DNA of 64,000 bases from Lingula anatina (lineage: Eukaryota; Animalia; Brachiopoda): assembly GCA_051362555.1 (NCBI GenBank), contig CM120644.1, positions 1,372,954 through 1,436,953 on the forward strand, in the 5' to 3' direction. A program made the translations under genes and the position numbers. Below the pieces are notes generated by a model that saw only the letters and a list, made by a program, of their open reading frames with translations, did not search any database and was not told where the DNA came from. Below are positions 53,246-64,000 of this stretch, one piece after another. Every line of letters begins with the position of its first letter. Within the stretch, counting starts at the first letter, position 1.

Positions 53246-54890
53246 TACTACCCATATTGTTTCCGAGCACACCAGTGACAATCTATCACCAAATATTACC
53301 CATATTGTTTCCGAGCACACCAGTGACAATCTATCACCAAATATTACCCATATTGTTTCCGAGCACACCAGTGACAATCTATCACCAAATATTACCCATA
53401 TTGTTTCCGAGCACACCAGTGACAATCTATCACCAAATATTACCCATATTGTTTCCGAGCACACAAGTGACAATCTATCACCAAATATTACCCATATTGT
53501 TTCCGAGCACACCAGTGACAATCTATCACCAAATATTACCCATATTGTTTCCGAGCACACCAGTGACAATCTATCACCAAATATTACCCACATTGCATCC
53601 GAGCACACCAGTGACAATCTATCACCAAATACTACCCACATTGCATCCGAGCACACCAGTGACAATAATCTATCACCAAATATTACCCATATTGTTTCCG
53701 AGCACACCAGTGACAATCTATCACCAAATACTACCCACATTGCATCCGAGCACACCAGTGACAATCTATCACCAAATACTACCCACATTGCATCCGAGCA
53801 CACCAGTGACAATCTATCACCAAATACTACCCACATTGCATCCGAGCACACCAGTGACAATCTATCACCAAATACTACCCACATTGCATCCGAGCACACC
53901 AGTGACAATCTATCACCAAATACTACCCACATTGCATCCGAGCACACCAGTGACAATCTATCACCAAATACTACCCACATTGCATCCGAGCACACCAGTG
54001 ACAATCTATCACCAAATACTACCCACATTGCATCCGAGCACACCAGTGACAATCTATCACCAAATACTACCCACATTGCATCCGAGCACACCAGTGACAA
54101 TCTATCACCAAATACTACCCACATTGCATCCGAGCACACCAGTGACAATCTATCACCAAATACTACCCACATTGCATCCGAGCACACCAGTGACAATCTA
54201 TCACCAAATACTACCCACATTGCATCCGAGCACACCAGTGACAATCTATCACCAAATACTACCCACATTGCATCCGAGCACACCAGTGACAATCTATCAC
54301 CAAATACTACCCACATTGCATCCGAGCACACCAGTGACAATCTATCACCAAATACTACCCACATTGCATCCGAGCACACCAGTGACAATCTATCACCAAA
54401 TACTACCCACATTGCATCCGAGCACACCAGTGACAATCTATCACCAAATACTACCCACATTGCATCCGAGCACACCAGTGACAATCTATCACCAAATATT
54501 ACCCACATTGCATCCGAGCACACCAGTGACAATCTATCACCAAATACTACCCACATTGCATCCGAGCACACCAGTGACAATCTATCACCAAATACTACCC
54601 ACATTGCATCCGAGCACACCAGTGACAATCTATCACCAAATACTACCCACATTGCATCCGAGCACACCAGTGACAATCTATCACCAAATACTACCCACAT
54701 TGCATCCGAGCACACCAGTGACAATCTATCACCAAATACTACCCACATTGCATCCGAGCACACCAGTGACAATCTATCACCAAATATTACCCACATTGTT
54801 TCCGAGCACACCAGTGACAATCTATCACCAAATACTACCCACATTGTTTCTGAGCACACCAGTCACAATCTATCACCAAATACTACCATG
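53246..54890. repeat. 48-bp minisatellite (~34 units, highly homogeneous)
   Basis: Same unit with the diagnostic GTGACA variant and long runs of identical units. Confidence 0.96.
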
Positions 54891-55613
54891 CGTGTTTATA
54901 AAGAGTGTCAGGCATGCTATTGGCACTTTCTTTGTATGACACTGATGATTGTGTTATAGTAAGCAACGTCAAATTACATAACTAGAAAACCACTCAGGGA
55001 GCTAACGCAGACCTTCGCTAAGGAAAGGTACACAAAGCGTCAGTTTGAATAATGCTTTGTCTTCTAAGAAATACATTTAGTCGTGGTGTCTTCTGGTAAT
55101 TAAATAATTAAGTCATACATGTACATGTTCTCTTAACGTGCTTGTACTATCGGTAAAATATAACTTTCTTTTAACTTTTACAAGCACTCAGAATAAAATC
55201 AGTTAAGTTGTGTCTCTGTATTTCTCCAGGCCATGAACTTAGAAGCTTGGTATTTTAGTTAAGAAAAATAAGCCTTTCCTGTCTTACATATGTTAATATA
55301 CAGTGCCTTCTGTGGGTCTCTTTGATGCCAAAACAGTTATTTATAGAGTCAAAAACTCTGGCATTTACAATGTGTACTTCAAAGAGGGAGGTTCTGTTTC
55401 TGATGAGGAACGTTGCCCCGAGAAAAGGGTCCACGCTGACATGGTATGTGTTGGCATATTTTAAAATAACAATGTGCTTAGAACTGATGTAAAATGGTTG
55501 TCACAACTTATAAAATTCCTGGATCTTGTTACTAACATCAATATTTCTTTAATACACACCTGTATCATTGCAGATTCACATGTTTAATCGCTTAACATGC
55601 AAAAGAAATTTAA

Positions 55614-55661
<48 letters not shown>

Positions 55662-55939
55662 GCGTATAATTCCCATGGACATTTACAATCTATATTGATT
55701 TAAAAAGATTAAAAGCAAATTGACATCTTCATCATTATATTTTATTGCATAAGCAATGTAAAATTTCATACATGTAATACAGAATATGTTTCCAAATTGC
55801 ACCGGTCTATTTATGGGCAAAAGCAGTAAAGATATTTAGAATTATATGATTAAGGAACTTTTTGGTAGCGGTCACGTGGTTGATGTCATCATATCCGGCT
55901 CTGCACACTGCAGAATAAAGGTTATGCGCAGCATCAGTT

Positions 55940-57191
55940 TCTGAAATATAAAGAAATGTTTGATAATGACAATAACTTACTCCACGGGTCACGGTAGATA
56001 TTGAAAACAGACCAATACATGACTTAATGGATAGACAATTGTCTAAAGACTCTTCCTTCAGATCAATACAGTTCAGTGCTTTTAACCCTTTGTTGTACTT
56101 ATTTGCGGAGACTATCAAGACTATGAAGGCGGAGACTGTGCCGACACCTACTAACTCGGAGCTTTTTTTACAAGACTGGTTGAACACATTTGGACCTATT
56201 GAAAACGGACCAACACAAAACTTAATGGATAGGTAATTGTCTATACAGTCTGTCATATTTATAGACTGTATAAAAATGATAATAAGGAAAAAAAACTTTT
56301 ATCATTTTTTTAATTTTCTGACTAGCCTTAACTAGCTATTAGGAAAACATGTATTAGACTGAATATGTCCGCTTAACAAACGTGGAACAAACTGTAAAAT
56401 GTGATAGTAAAGCGATATCTTACCACAAAAACCCCCATGGGGAAATTAACCCCTTCTTTCCTCCATATTGAGGCTTTCCATATCCAGCACCTTTGTATCC
56501 ATAGCCTCCTCCGTTGCTGTTGTATCCGTTCAGGTGATATCCGTTGCGATCACCATATCCGTACCCTTGACCATAATAGCCGTTGTCGCCATTTCCATAT
56601 CCACCTGGTTGGTATCCATAGTGAGTCCTTTTACAAAATAAAAAAGACAAATAACTTTTCAATTTCATTGGGATAAATTATCAATATGAAAGAAGACAAC
56701 GTCACCTGTCAAGCAGTCTTCAGTGGCACTCAGGTTATTAGACGTGGAGTGAAGGCTGAGTTTATCATTTTCTGTATAATAGAATACTTTCTTCGCGTGC
56801 TTTGTCTCGATTCTCTTGCGTTGAGCAAAATGAAACCCCAGCAACAAATTGGTTTTAAACAAAAGTAAGGTGATTCCTTCAGCTAAATATTTGAAACAGT
56901 CGGTCCAGATCAATTCATTTTTTCCTAATTTTAATTGCACTATTAGATGAATCAAGGAGATTCTGTGGAAACTCCTTGGATGAATTGGGTATTGGTAAGA
57001 GTGAATCGCAAAACCATAAACAACTACACAATAGTGAACCTCACTCTCACACACACACTCAAACACGCGCACACATACACACGTAATCACACACTAAAAG
57101 CTACATTATCACACCTTTTACTCCCAGAGTCCCACTTAACGGCTGCTGCTGCCAATGCCACGAGGGCAGCGAGTAGAAACAGCTTCATCAT
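55940..57191 (-). CDS. Secreted Gly/Tyr-rich peptide, subfamily A, apparently intact 3-exon gene (93 aa)
   Basis: Exons 57191-57115 (AG|gtgtga), 56627-56424 (aag|G ... TG|gtaaga) and 55940 (tttcag|A, completing TGA). Product MMKLFLLAALVALAAAAVKWDSGSKRTHYGYQPGGYGNGDNGYYGQGYGYGDRNGYHLNGYNSNGGGYGYKGAGYGKPQYGGKKGLISPWGFL. TATAAAA at 57293-57287 and AATAAA at ~55746-55741. Confidence 0.85.
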
Positions 57192-57239
57192 TTTGGCGGC
57201 AAAAGAGGTGTCGTCTACTAACTGTTGAAGTGTGACTTG

Positions 57240-57293
57240 GAGCTTGACTGAAGTCAAAGTCTGTCAAAACTGGACCAAGGCAACGGTTTTATA
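57240..57293 (-). promoter_or_regulatory. Family core promoter: TATAAAA plus a conserved CCTTGGTCCAGTTTTGACAGAC element and an Inr-like TCAGT
   Basis: The same module lies ~100 bp upstream of the ATG in every copy (4307, 21474, 24135, 30910, 34549, 44088, 49394; mutated at 3047, 50648 and 63415). Confidence 0.7.
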
Positions 57294-58051
57294 CCGTCTC
57301 GAAACACGACGAATGTGTAATAATTATCTTTTTGGGACAGTATTTTGCCCTAAGATATTTGTAACGAAGGTCGGAATGGTTAATTGATATAAGACACATA
57401 CGGAATAAATTACCATTTATTTGCGTTTTAGTTGGCAACGCATCATCAAACTGCCACAATTAACACCATGATTTATAAACAGTCAGAGCTTATTACAAGA
57501 GAAATAAAGACTAAGGTAGAAACATGCCCAAACTGCCGTTAGCAGCTGTGCCTTACTTCTTTGTTGTAATTATAAGATACATCAGTCAAAATATTGGTTT
57601 AATAGTATCATTATTCTTGGTCTTTGAATTATGACATAGTTGACAAAATGTTTTTGTTATAAGTTCAAATCATTATGTTTTAAACATAAAACTATGCAAC
57701 AAACCCGCGTATCCATGACACTCATCCAGCAAATGATAAACTGCAATATCTGCTGATATATGAATAATACCAATACTGAATATCGAAAAAAAAATCAATT
57801 TGTCTCCTCGTTACAGCGATGGCAAGTCAAAACGTATTATTTATTCTGGTGAGAAGTAACAACAGGTTAGGACACTATATTTTACGACTTTTTCATTAGA
57901 TAACAATCCCTTGCCTTGGGTGGATTTAAAACACGTTGTTTGTTACAGCTGATAGACTAACTTAACAGGGTTGGTGCCAATAAGATGTGCGTGTCAGCTT
58001 TAAGGCATACTGGTACCTGAATCTGATGGATAGGTGTGGTGACTTCAGTTA

Positions 58052-58113
<62 letters not shown>

Positions 58114-58148
58114 AACACTAAGATAAAACATGCCGTCCAAATCATCTA

Positions 58149-59289
58149 AATGTTTCAGAAATAGCTTTTGGTGTGCCACAAGGCAGTGTTCTAGGACCTC
58201 TTGTTTTGCATGTATACCTTACCAATTGGGGCCATGCTAAGACATCATAACATTGGCTATCATATTTATGCTGATGACACACAGATTTTTACTTGTTGCA
58301 ATCTAGAAAATCCAAAATAATCTATTGATATATTGTCTAAATGTATTGACGATCTTCGCAGGTGGCTGATTAGTAATAAGTTGAAAATTAACGATGGAAA
58401 GTCTGAACTTTTGGTAATAAGTCAGCCACATAATCGTATGATAGCACAACAAATTCAGCTCAAAATTGGATCAAGCATTATTAAGCCAACAACCTATGCA
58501 AAAAATCTTGGTGTATTTTTAGATGGATCGCTTTGTATGAACAAACATATTGCCAGTGTATGCAGGTCAGCGGTTTTTAACATTAGAAACATAAGTGCAA
58601 TTTGCAATCAGTTGTCTGACTCTGCTGCAGCCACAGTCATAAATTGTTTAGTTATATCTCGATTAGATTACTGCAACTCCATTTTATACGGTTGTCCAAA
58701 GAAACAAATTGCCAGACTGCAGCGTATTCAAAATATTTCGACCAGATTATTAACTCGGACATCCACAAGCATACACATCTCCCCAGTTTTAAAAAGTTTA
58801 CACTGGCTACCTCTACAAGCCAGAATTTTATTCAAATTTTTAGTTTTTACTCACGATGCTTTTTATGGATTGGCACCAATCTACATCAATGAATTAGTTA
58901 GTCACTATGTTCCAATGCGAAATCTGCGGTCTGTGGACCAATTGCGACTCAACCCAGTAAAAATGCGATTAAAAACCTATGGTGATATATCTTTTAAAGC
59001 TGCAGGTCCAAAGGAATGGAATCTATTACCGCTGGAAATCCGAGCAATTCAGTCTACCAAACATTTTAAAAAAAGAACTCAAAACAAACCTTTTTAGGAA
59101 ATATTTTGATTAACTCTTAATTTGTTTTATAAATCTTGTATAAATTGCATTTAATTGTATGGAATAATGGCTGTTTTACCTAGAATTTATTTATGATATT
59201 TTATGTAGTATTATTTATGATATTTTATGTAAAGTCTACTGAACATTTAAAATGGATTTTAGACTTAAAATAAATTTATTATTATTATT
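58149..59289 (+). mobile_element. 5'-truncated, decayed CR1/L2-type LINE
   Basis: GVPQGSVLGP (~58171), YADDTQ, SRLDYCNS and LHWLP; ORF remnant 58333-59097; (TTA)n tail ~59275-59290. It interrupts the paralogous spacer with a probable ATCTA duplication. Confidence 0.88.
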
Positions 59290-59885
59290 ATCTACAAGAA
59301 ATATAATTTTTCAACAGATGGGTGAGCTTTCTGAAATCCTCATACATGTCTTAAAATGTAAAGAGACCTCCAATATCCCCACTTCTGTTACCGCTGCAAA
59401 CCTTAATTGTCTTTTTCCAAATTCTAAAGAAATTTAGACAAGAGGAGAAAATGTGCCCAAACACCGCCCTACTTCATTGTTACAAGTAAAGGAGACTTCC
59501 AATAACAGACTGTCAAAGAAGAAGCAGTTGAGTGGTAATTTTCAATAGGTCTCATGTTTTGTTTTTTTTTTTTTTTTTTCATTAGCAACGGATAGTCTTC
59601 TCATCACAAAGGTGGCAAGTCACTCAGGTCAGGACACTTTTACGAGTGTTTCATTAGATAAAAAGTGCTTGGGGTAAACTGAAAAGACATTGTTTATTGC
59701 AGCACTACAATTTATGGCAGACGATAGGCGTAACCGGGTTGGCATCAATTATACGTTATTGTAAGCTTCAAGGCGGTACGTGAATTGGATGGAAAAGATT
59801 GGTGCATATGTAGTTGAAGCGGACGCCTCCAAAATCTCTCTCTTTGTCTCTCTCTCTCTCTCACACACACACAAACACACACACA

Positions 59886-59927
<42 letters not shown>

Positions 59928-60355
59928 GACGTAAAAAAACGTTCATATTGCCAGGAATGTTTTTTTTAATGCAGTGTATTATGCAATCCTCATTCCAAGC
60001 ATATGAGATAAAAATAAAACCAAAAAACAAAAGGGACATTTTTTATAGCCGATACTTTATTCCCATATGTGTGAAAGATGGGCTGGTATGCGATTAAGAT
60101 TCATTCACCTCTACTAGTTTATTAAAGCATTGCCTATGTGGAAATGGAACATAGGCGCATCTATTTGATAATGAAGTATCGAAAAACACACAAAAACACG
60201 CACTGAGAGAGAGAGAGTGTGTGTTTGTGCGTTTGGGAGAGAGAGACAGAGAGAGAGGGGGAGAGAGAGAGAGAGAGTGTGTGTTTGTGAGTGAGACAGG
60301 GAGGGAGGGAGGGAGGGAGGGAGGGGAGAGAAAGAGGATTGACTTGCATGTGTTA

Positions 60356-61662
60356 GGGGAGACCGGGGCTAGTTGGACCCCGGGGTAAGTTGGCCCCCCG
60401 TCATTTTATGAAAAAGTAACTACGAGGTAAAGAAATTGGCCACATACACTTGTAAAGTGACCGTAGCCTACAATGCTAAGGAAGTGTCGGCCGTTAAAAA
60501 AGTTTTAATTAAGCGGTGAGTCCAAATAAACTATTTTTGCACCTAAAAGTAATTTTGTTTAAGAGATTTAAAAATCTATTTTCATAGGCTTTTGATCGAA
60601 TATAAGATATGTATAGGGCATCAAACTGAAGCTCATTGTTTCAAGTTTCACAAAGATGTATCATCGTTGCTCATTCTAGCACCATAAATGGCTGCCATCC
60701 CTTAAAATAAATAATGTGCACCCGGGGCTAGTTGGCCCCCTTGACTCGGGGCAAGTTGGACCCTCATATTACCCAAAATCCTTTGCGCGCAACGCTGTTT
60801 GAAATAAACAAGAAGTTGTAACTTCTTGAAATAAACAAGTTGGTGAAATTGACAAAGCTAGCCGGTGTTTACCGTCTGATTGATTTTTTTTTATTTGCTC
60901 TCTGGTGTCTTTTCGAAAATTTATATTAGAAATGTTCTGTTGATTGTATGTATTAGAAAGCAAATCCATTGGACTTATTTTTATTGATTTGCCTTAATTC
61001 ATTGTAAGGTGATTTTATTGTATTTGTAGTGTTATATGTGGCCCCAAGGGGATTTTCCACCCCTCCCATTGTTGAAACAAACTCACTGGTTTAAAACTGA
61101 ATTTGTTACTTTCTTTTAAAACGTAAATTTATTATTCGTTTTCATTCATTAAAAACCTGCTTTATAACATTATTAATTTATTCTTAATTAAAACAAAACA
61201 AATTTTATTGATAGATTTTTTGGTTCTTGCAACACATACCCCCCCCCCCACACACACACACACACACAACGTGACGTACGGAAACCTCAATAAATCTGCC
61301 TCATTTGAACTGTTTATTCATCAAAGACTCTCAAAAATCAATTTAATAAATTAAAAATGTATAAAAATGTATTTCAAGGCGTTTACATGGGATATATACT
61401 TCATTTTCGTATAGGGGGGCCAACTTGCCCCGACCCTCGGGCCAACTTGCCCCGTGGCGGGGCAAGTTGGCCCCCTTGACGTCAACTGCGTTTTTTGTCA
61501 AATTGTGAGCCATCTGGCATTATATTTGAAAAATAATGGCGTTACATACGTAGCTTAGTTCATGGGGCTTACTTTGAAACCGGTTTTGTTACTCTAACCC
61601 ATTCCTAGTTGGCTCTACAAGGCCAAAAGTGTCTAACTGGGCCAACTAGCCCCGGTCTCCCC
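60356..61662. mobile_element. Non-autonomous TA-targeting TIR element (MITE-like)
   Basis: TIR GGGGAGACCGGGGCTAGTTGG / CCAACTAGCCCCGGTCTCCCC, a TA duplication (empty site TGTTATAAC in paralogs), internal GGGGCAAGTTGGCCCC repeats in both orientations, and no transposase ORF. Confidence 0.88.
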
Positions 61663-61940
61663 TATAACAATTCCATCATCACAAAAATTAGGTGGAAAAA
61701 CGTTTCTATCTTCAGTTGCATAAAATGCATTAACAGTTATTCTTAGTTAGCAGAGTCTTTAATGCATTCTATGCTTTAATTTGACTGAGGCGTTATTTAA
61801 CGACTCTCCCCTCCTTCAAGATAGGTCCAGCGATCCGGCTGACTAGACGTGCATTGGGCGTCCGCCAGTAGTCATTCTGTTATGAATTGAATCAGAATGA
61901 TCAACTGAACTTGATGGGTAAGTGTGGTTTCTTCAATCAG

Positions 61941-61979
<39 letters not shown>

Positions 61980-62093
61980 TAGATAAAAATATAATTTTTC
62001 AACAGATGGGTGTGTTTTCTAAAATCCTCATACATGTCTTAAAATGCAAAGAGACCTCCAAAATCCCCACTTAAATCACCGCTGCATACCTTA

Positions 62094-62176
62094 GGGGAGA
62101 CCGGGGCTAGTTGGACCCTGGGGTAAGTTGGCCCCCCGTCAATTTATGAAAAAGTAACTACGAGGTAAAAAAATTG
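62094..62176. mobile_element. Left-end fragment of the same MITE, with a deletion of adjacent host DNA
   Basis: Near-identical to 60356-60438 and inserted after TTA. The host spacer resumes about 0.3 kb further along than in paralogs. Confidence 0.8.
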
Positions 62177-62451
62177 AAATAACGTAAAAAATAACTTGTC
62201 TGTCTTCTTATCACAAAGGTGGCCTTTCATTCAGGTCAGGGCACTAGAAATTTTACGAGTGTTCCATTAGATAAAAAGTGCTTGGGGTAAACTGAAAAGA
62301 CATTGTTTATTGCAGCACTACAATTTATGGCAGACGATAGGCGTAACCGGGTTGGCATCAATTATATGTAATTGTAAGCTTCAGGACGGTGCGTGAATTG
62401 GATGGAAAAGATTGGTACAAATGTAGTTGAACCGGGCGCCTCCGAGATCTT

Positions 62452-62483
<32 letters not shown>

Positions 62484-62714
62484 GCACACACACACACATA
62501 CACACACACAGGGACGTTTAAAAAAACATTCATATTGTCAGGGATGATTTTTTTTAATGCAGCGTATTATGCAATCCCCATTCCAAGCATATAAGATAGA
62601 AAATAAAACCAAACAAACAAAAAGGGACATAGCCGATAGTTTATTCACATGTGTGGGCTGATATGCAGTTTTGATAATGAGCTCTCGCAAAACACACAAA
62701 AGCACTCACTAGGA

Positions 62715-62752
<38 letters not shown>

Positions 62753-63516
62753 AAGAGAGGGAGGGATGGTAGGGGAGAAAGAGAGGATTGACTTGCATGC
62801 GTTATAACAATTCCATCATCACAAAAACGTTTCTATCTTCAGTTGTATTAACTGTATTAACAGTTTTTCTTAATTAGCAGATTCGGTGCTTTTTATGCTT
62901 AACTTTGACTTAGGCGTTATTTAACGACACCCCCTCCTTCAAGAATAGCTCCCACTGACTACATGTGCATTGGGCGTCCGCCAGTAGTCATTATTTCATG
63001 AACAGAATTATAATGATCACTGGCGGACGCTCAATGCACGTGTGGTCACGGGGAGCGCTGGACTATTTGTACAACTCTTTTCCATCCGATTTATCTACCG
63101 CCTTGAAGCTTACAAGTAAGTATGGCACCAACTCCGAGTATGCCCATTATGTCTATCAAAGTCTTTCCATTGTGCCCCAGGCGCTTCTTATCTAATGAAA
63201 CACTCGTAAATATGTCTTACCCTCACCTGTCGTAACTTCTGAATGAATGAGTGACTTGCCAACTTTGAAGATACTTGGTATCTGAAACCAAAGTAAGTGA
63301 TAATTCATTTCACGTGTGTCCTATTTAGCCATTCCTACCTTCACACATATCTTAAGGCAAAGTATTCGGTTCCAAAATACAATAATTACGCATTCGTTTT
63401 GTATTTTGGGACGTTATGAAATAGCTGCCTTGGTTAAGTTTTGACAGACTTCGACGTCCGTCAAGGTCCGAGTCCCACTCCTAAAGTCCGCAGACGACAT
63501 CTCTTTTCAGGCCAAG

Positions 63517-63590
63517 ATGATGAAGTTCGTTCTATTCGCTGCTCTCCTGACCGTGGCAGCCGCCATGTATTGGGAAAGTCTTGGTCAAAG
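63517..63590 (+). CDS. Exon 1 (signal peptide) of a subfamily B Gly/Tyr-rich peptide gene; the rest lies beyond the window
   Basis: MMKFVLFAALLTVAAAMYWESLGQ(R) followed by AG|gtgaga. The intron is collinear with the 24237 copy up to the window end. The TATA box is mutated (TATGAAA, ~63415). Confidence 0.75.
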
Positions 63591-64000
63591 GTGAGAGAGA
63601 GAGAGAGAGAGAGAAAGAGAGATTAGTGAAGGATCCATACATGTTGTGAATTCTAGCTGCAACAGACAGTTCATCTGGACGACCATGTTTTTTTTTTACC
63701 AATGTAAATATTGTTTCGGGAAATTTCGATTTTTCTTATGATTTTTTAAAATACTATGGGACTTGGATACTATTGGACTTACTTAGGCGTTGATAATGCT
63801 TTCAAATAGTATTTTGCCGCTTTTGACTTTATAGGTATTGTACATAGCTAAACAGGTCGTTCTCCAGTCTTCTCCGCTAGTCCATTTCCCCCTCAAAATA
63901 CATGTCCAGTTGTAAAGGCCCTAAGGCTTATACAACAAAATCGAGATATTAGAAATGAGACAAAACCTGTGGGGTTTATTTTTTATATTGAAAACTATAG

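Larger units (their letters stand above)
46742..53260 (+). repeat. Segmental duplication of ~1-6970
   Basis: Collinear from GAAGCTTCAAGGCGGTAAATG through both orphan exons to the promoter/minisatellite junction. Homology continues past the array (54850-57550 vs 11050-12373 plus 20204-21740). Confidence 0.9.

Noticed and set aside
53240-54939. 539-aa and 560-aa ORFs (and similar ORFs at 10295-11133, 26813-28048 and 40814-41343) as mucin-like genes
   Set aside because: They result from a stop-poor 48-bp unit and are open in several frames and strands. They mostly lack a true ATG or signal peptide, and the open frames differ between arrays.

Overview
AT-rich, microsatellite-rich animal genomic DNA; the repeat landscape suggests a marine invertebrate such as a bivalve (inference only). 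The window is a tandemly and segmentally duplicated cluster of 11 copies or remnants of a small 3-exon gene that the ORF track largely misses. The gene encodes a secreted ~80-95 aa Gly/Tyr-rich peptide. Exon 1 is a signal peptide (MMKL(I/V)L(L/F)AAL..) plus a short W-(D/E)-S-x-x-(K/Q)R linker; exon 2 is GY/GGY/NGY-rich; exon 3 carries the stop and 3'UTR. There are two subfamilies on opposite strands. Three copies look intact (24237+, 43982-, 57191-), one runs off the window, one may be rescued by a new splice donor, and the rest are truncated or pseudogenised. Four 48-bp minisatellite arrays lie downstream of the minus-strand genes, three of them behind an orphan copy of the family's TATA promoter. 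Transposons in the cluster are a full-length but lesioned BEL/Pao LTR retrotransposon in an intron, a near-intact and a truncated CR1/L2-type LINE, a decayed DD34E Tc1 element and three non-autonomous TIR elements (plus a fragment of one). Paralog comparison also reveals several TA-flanked micro-insertions resembling excision footprints. All exon models are read by eye from paralog alignment and splice signals, without expression data.
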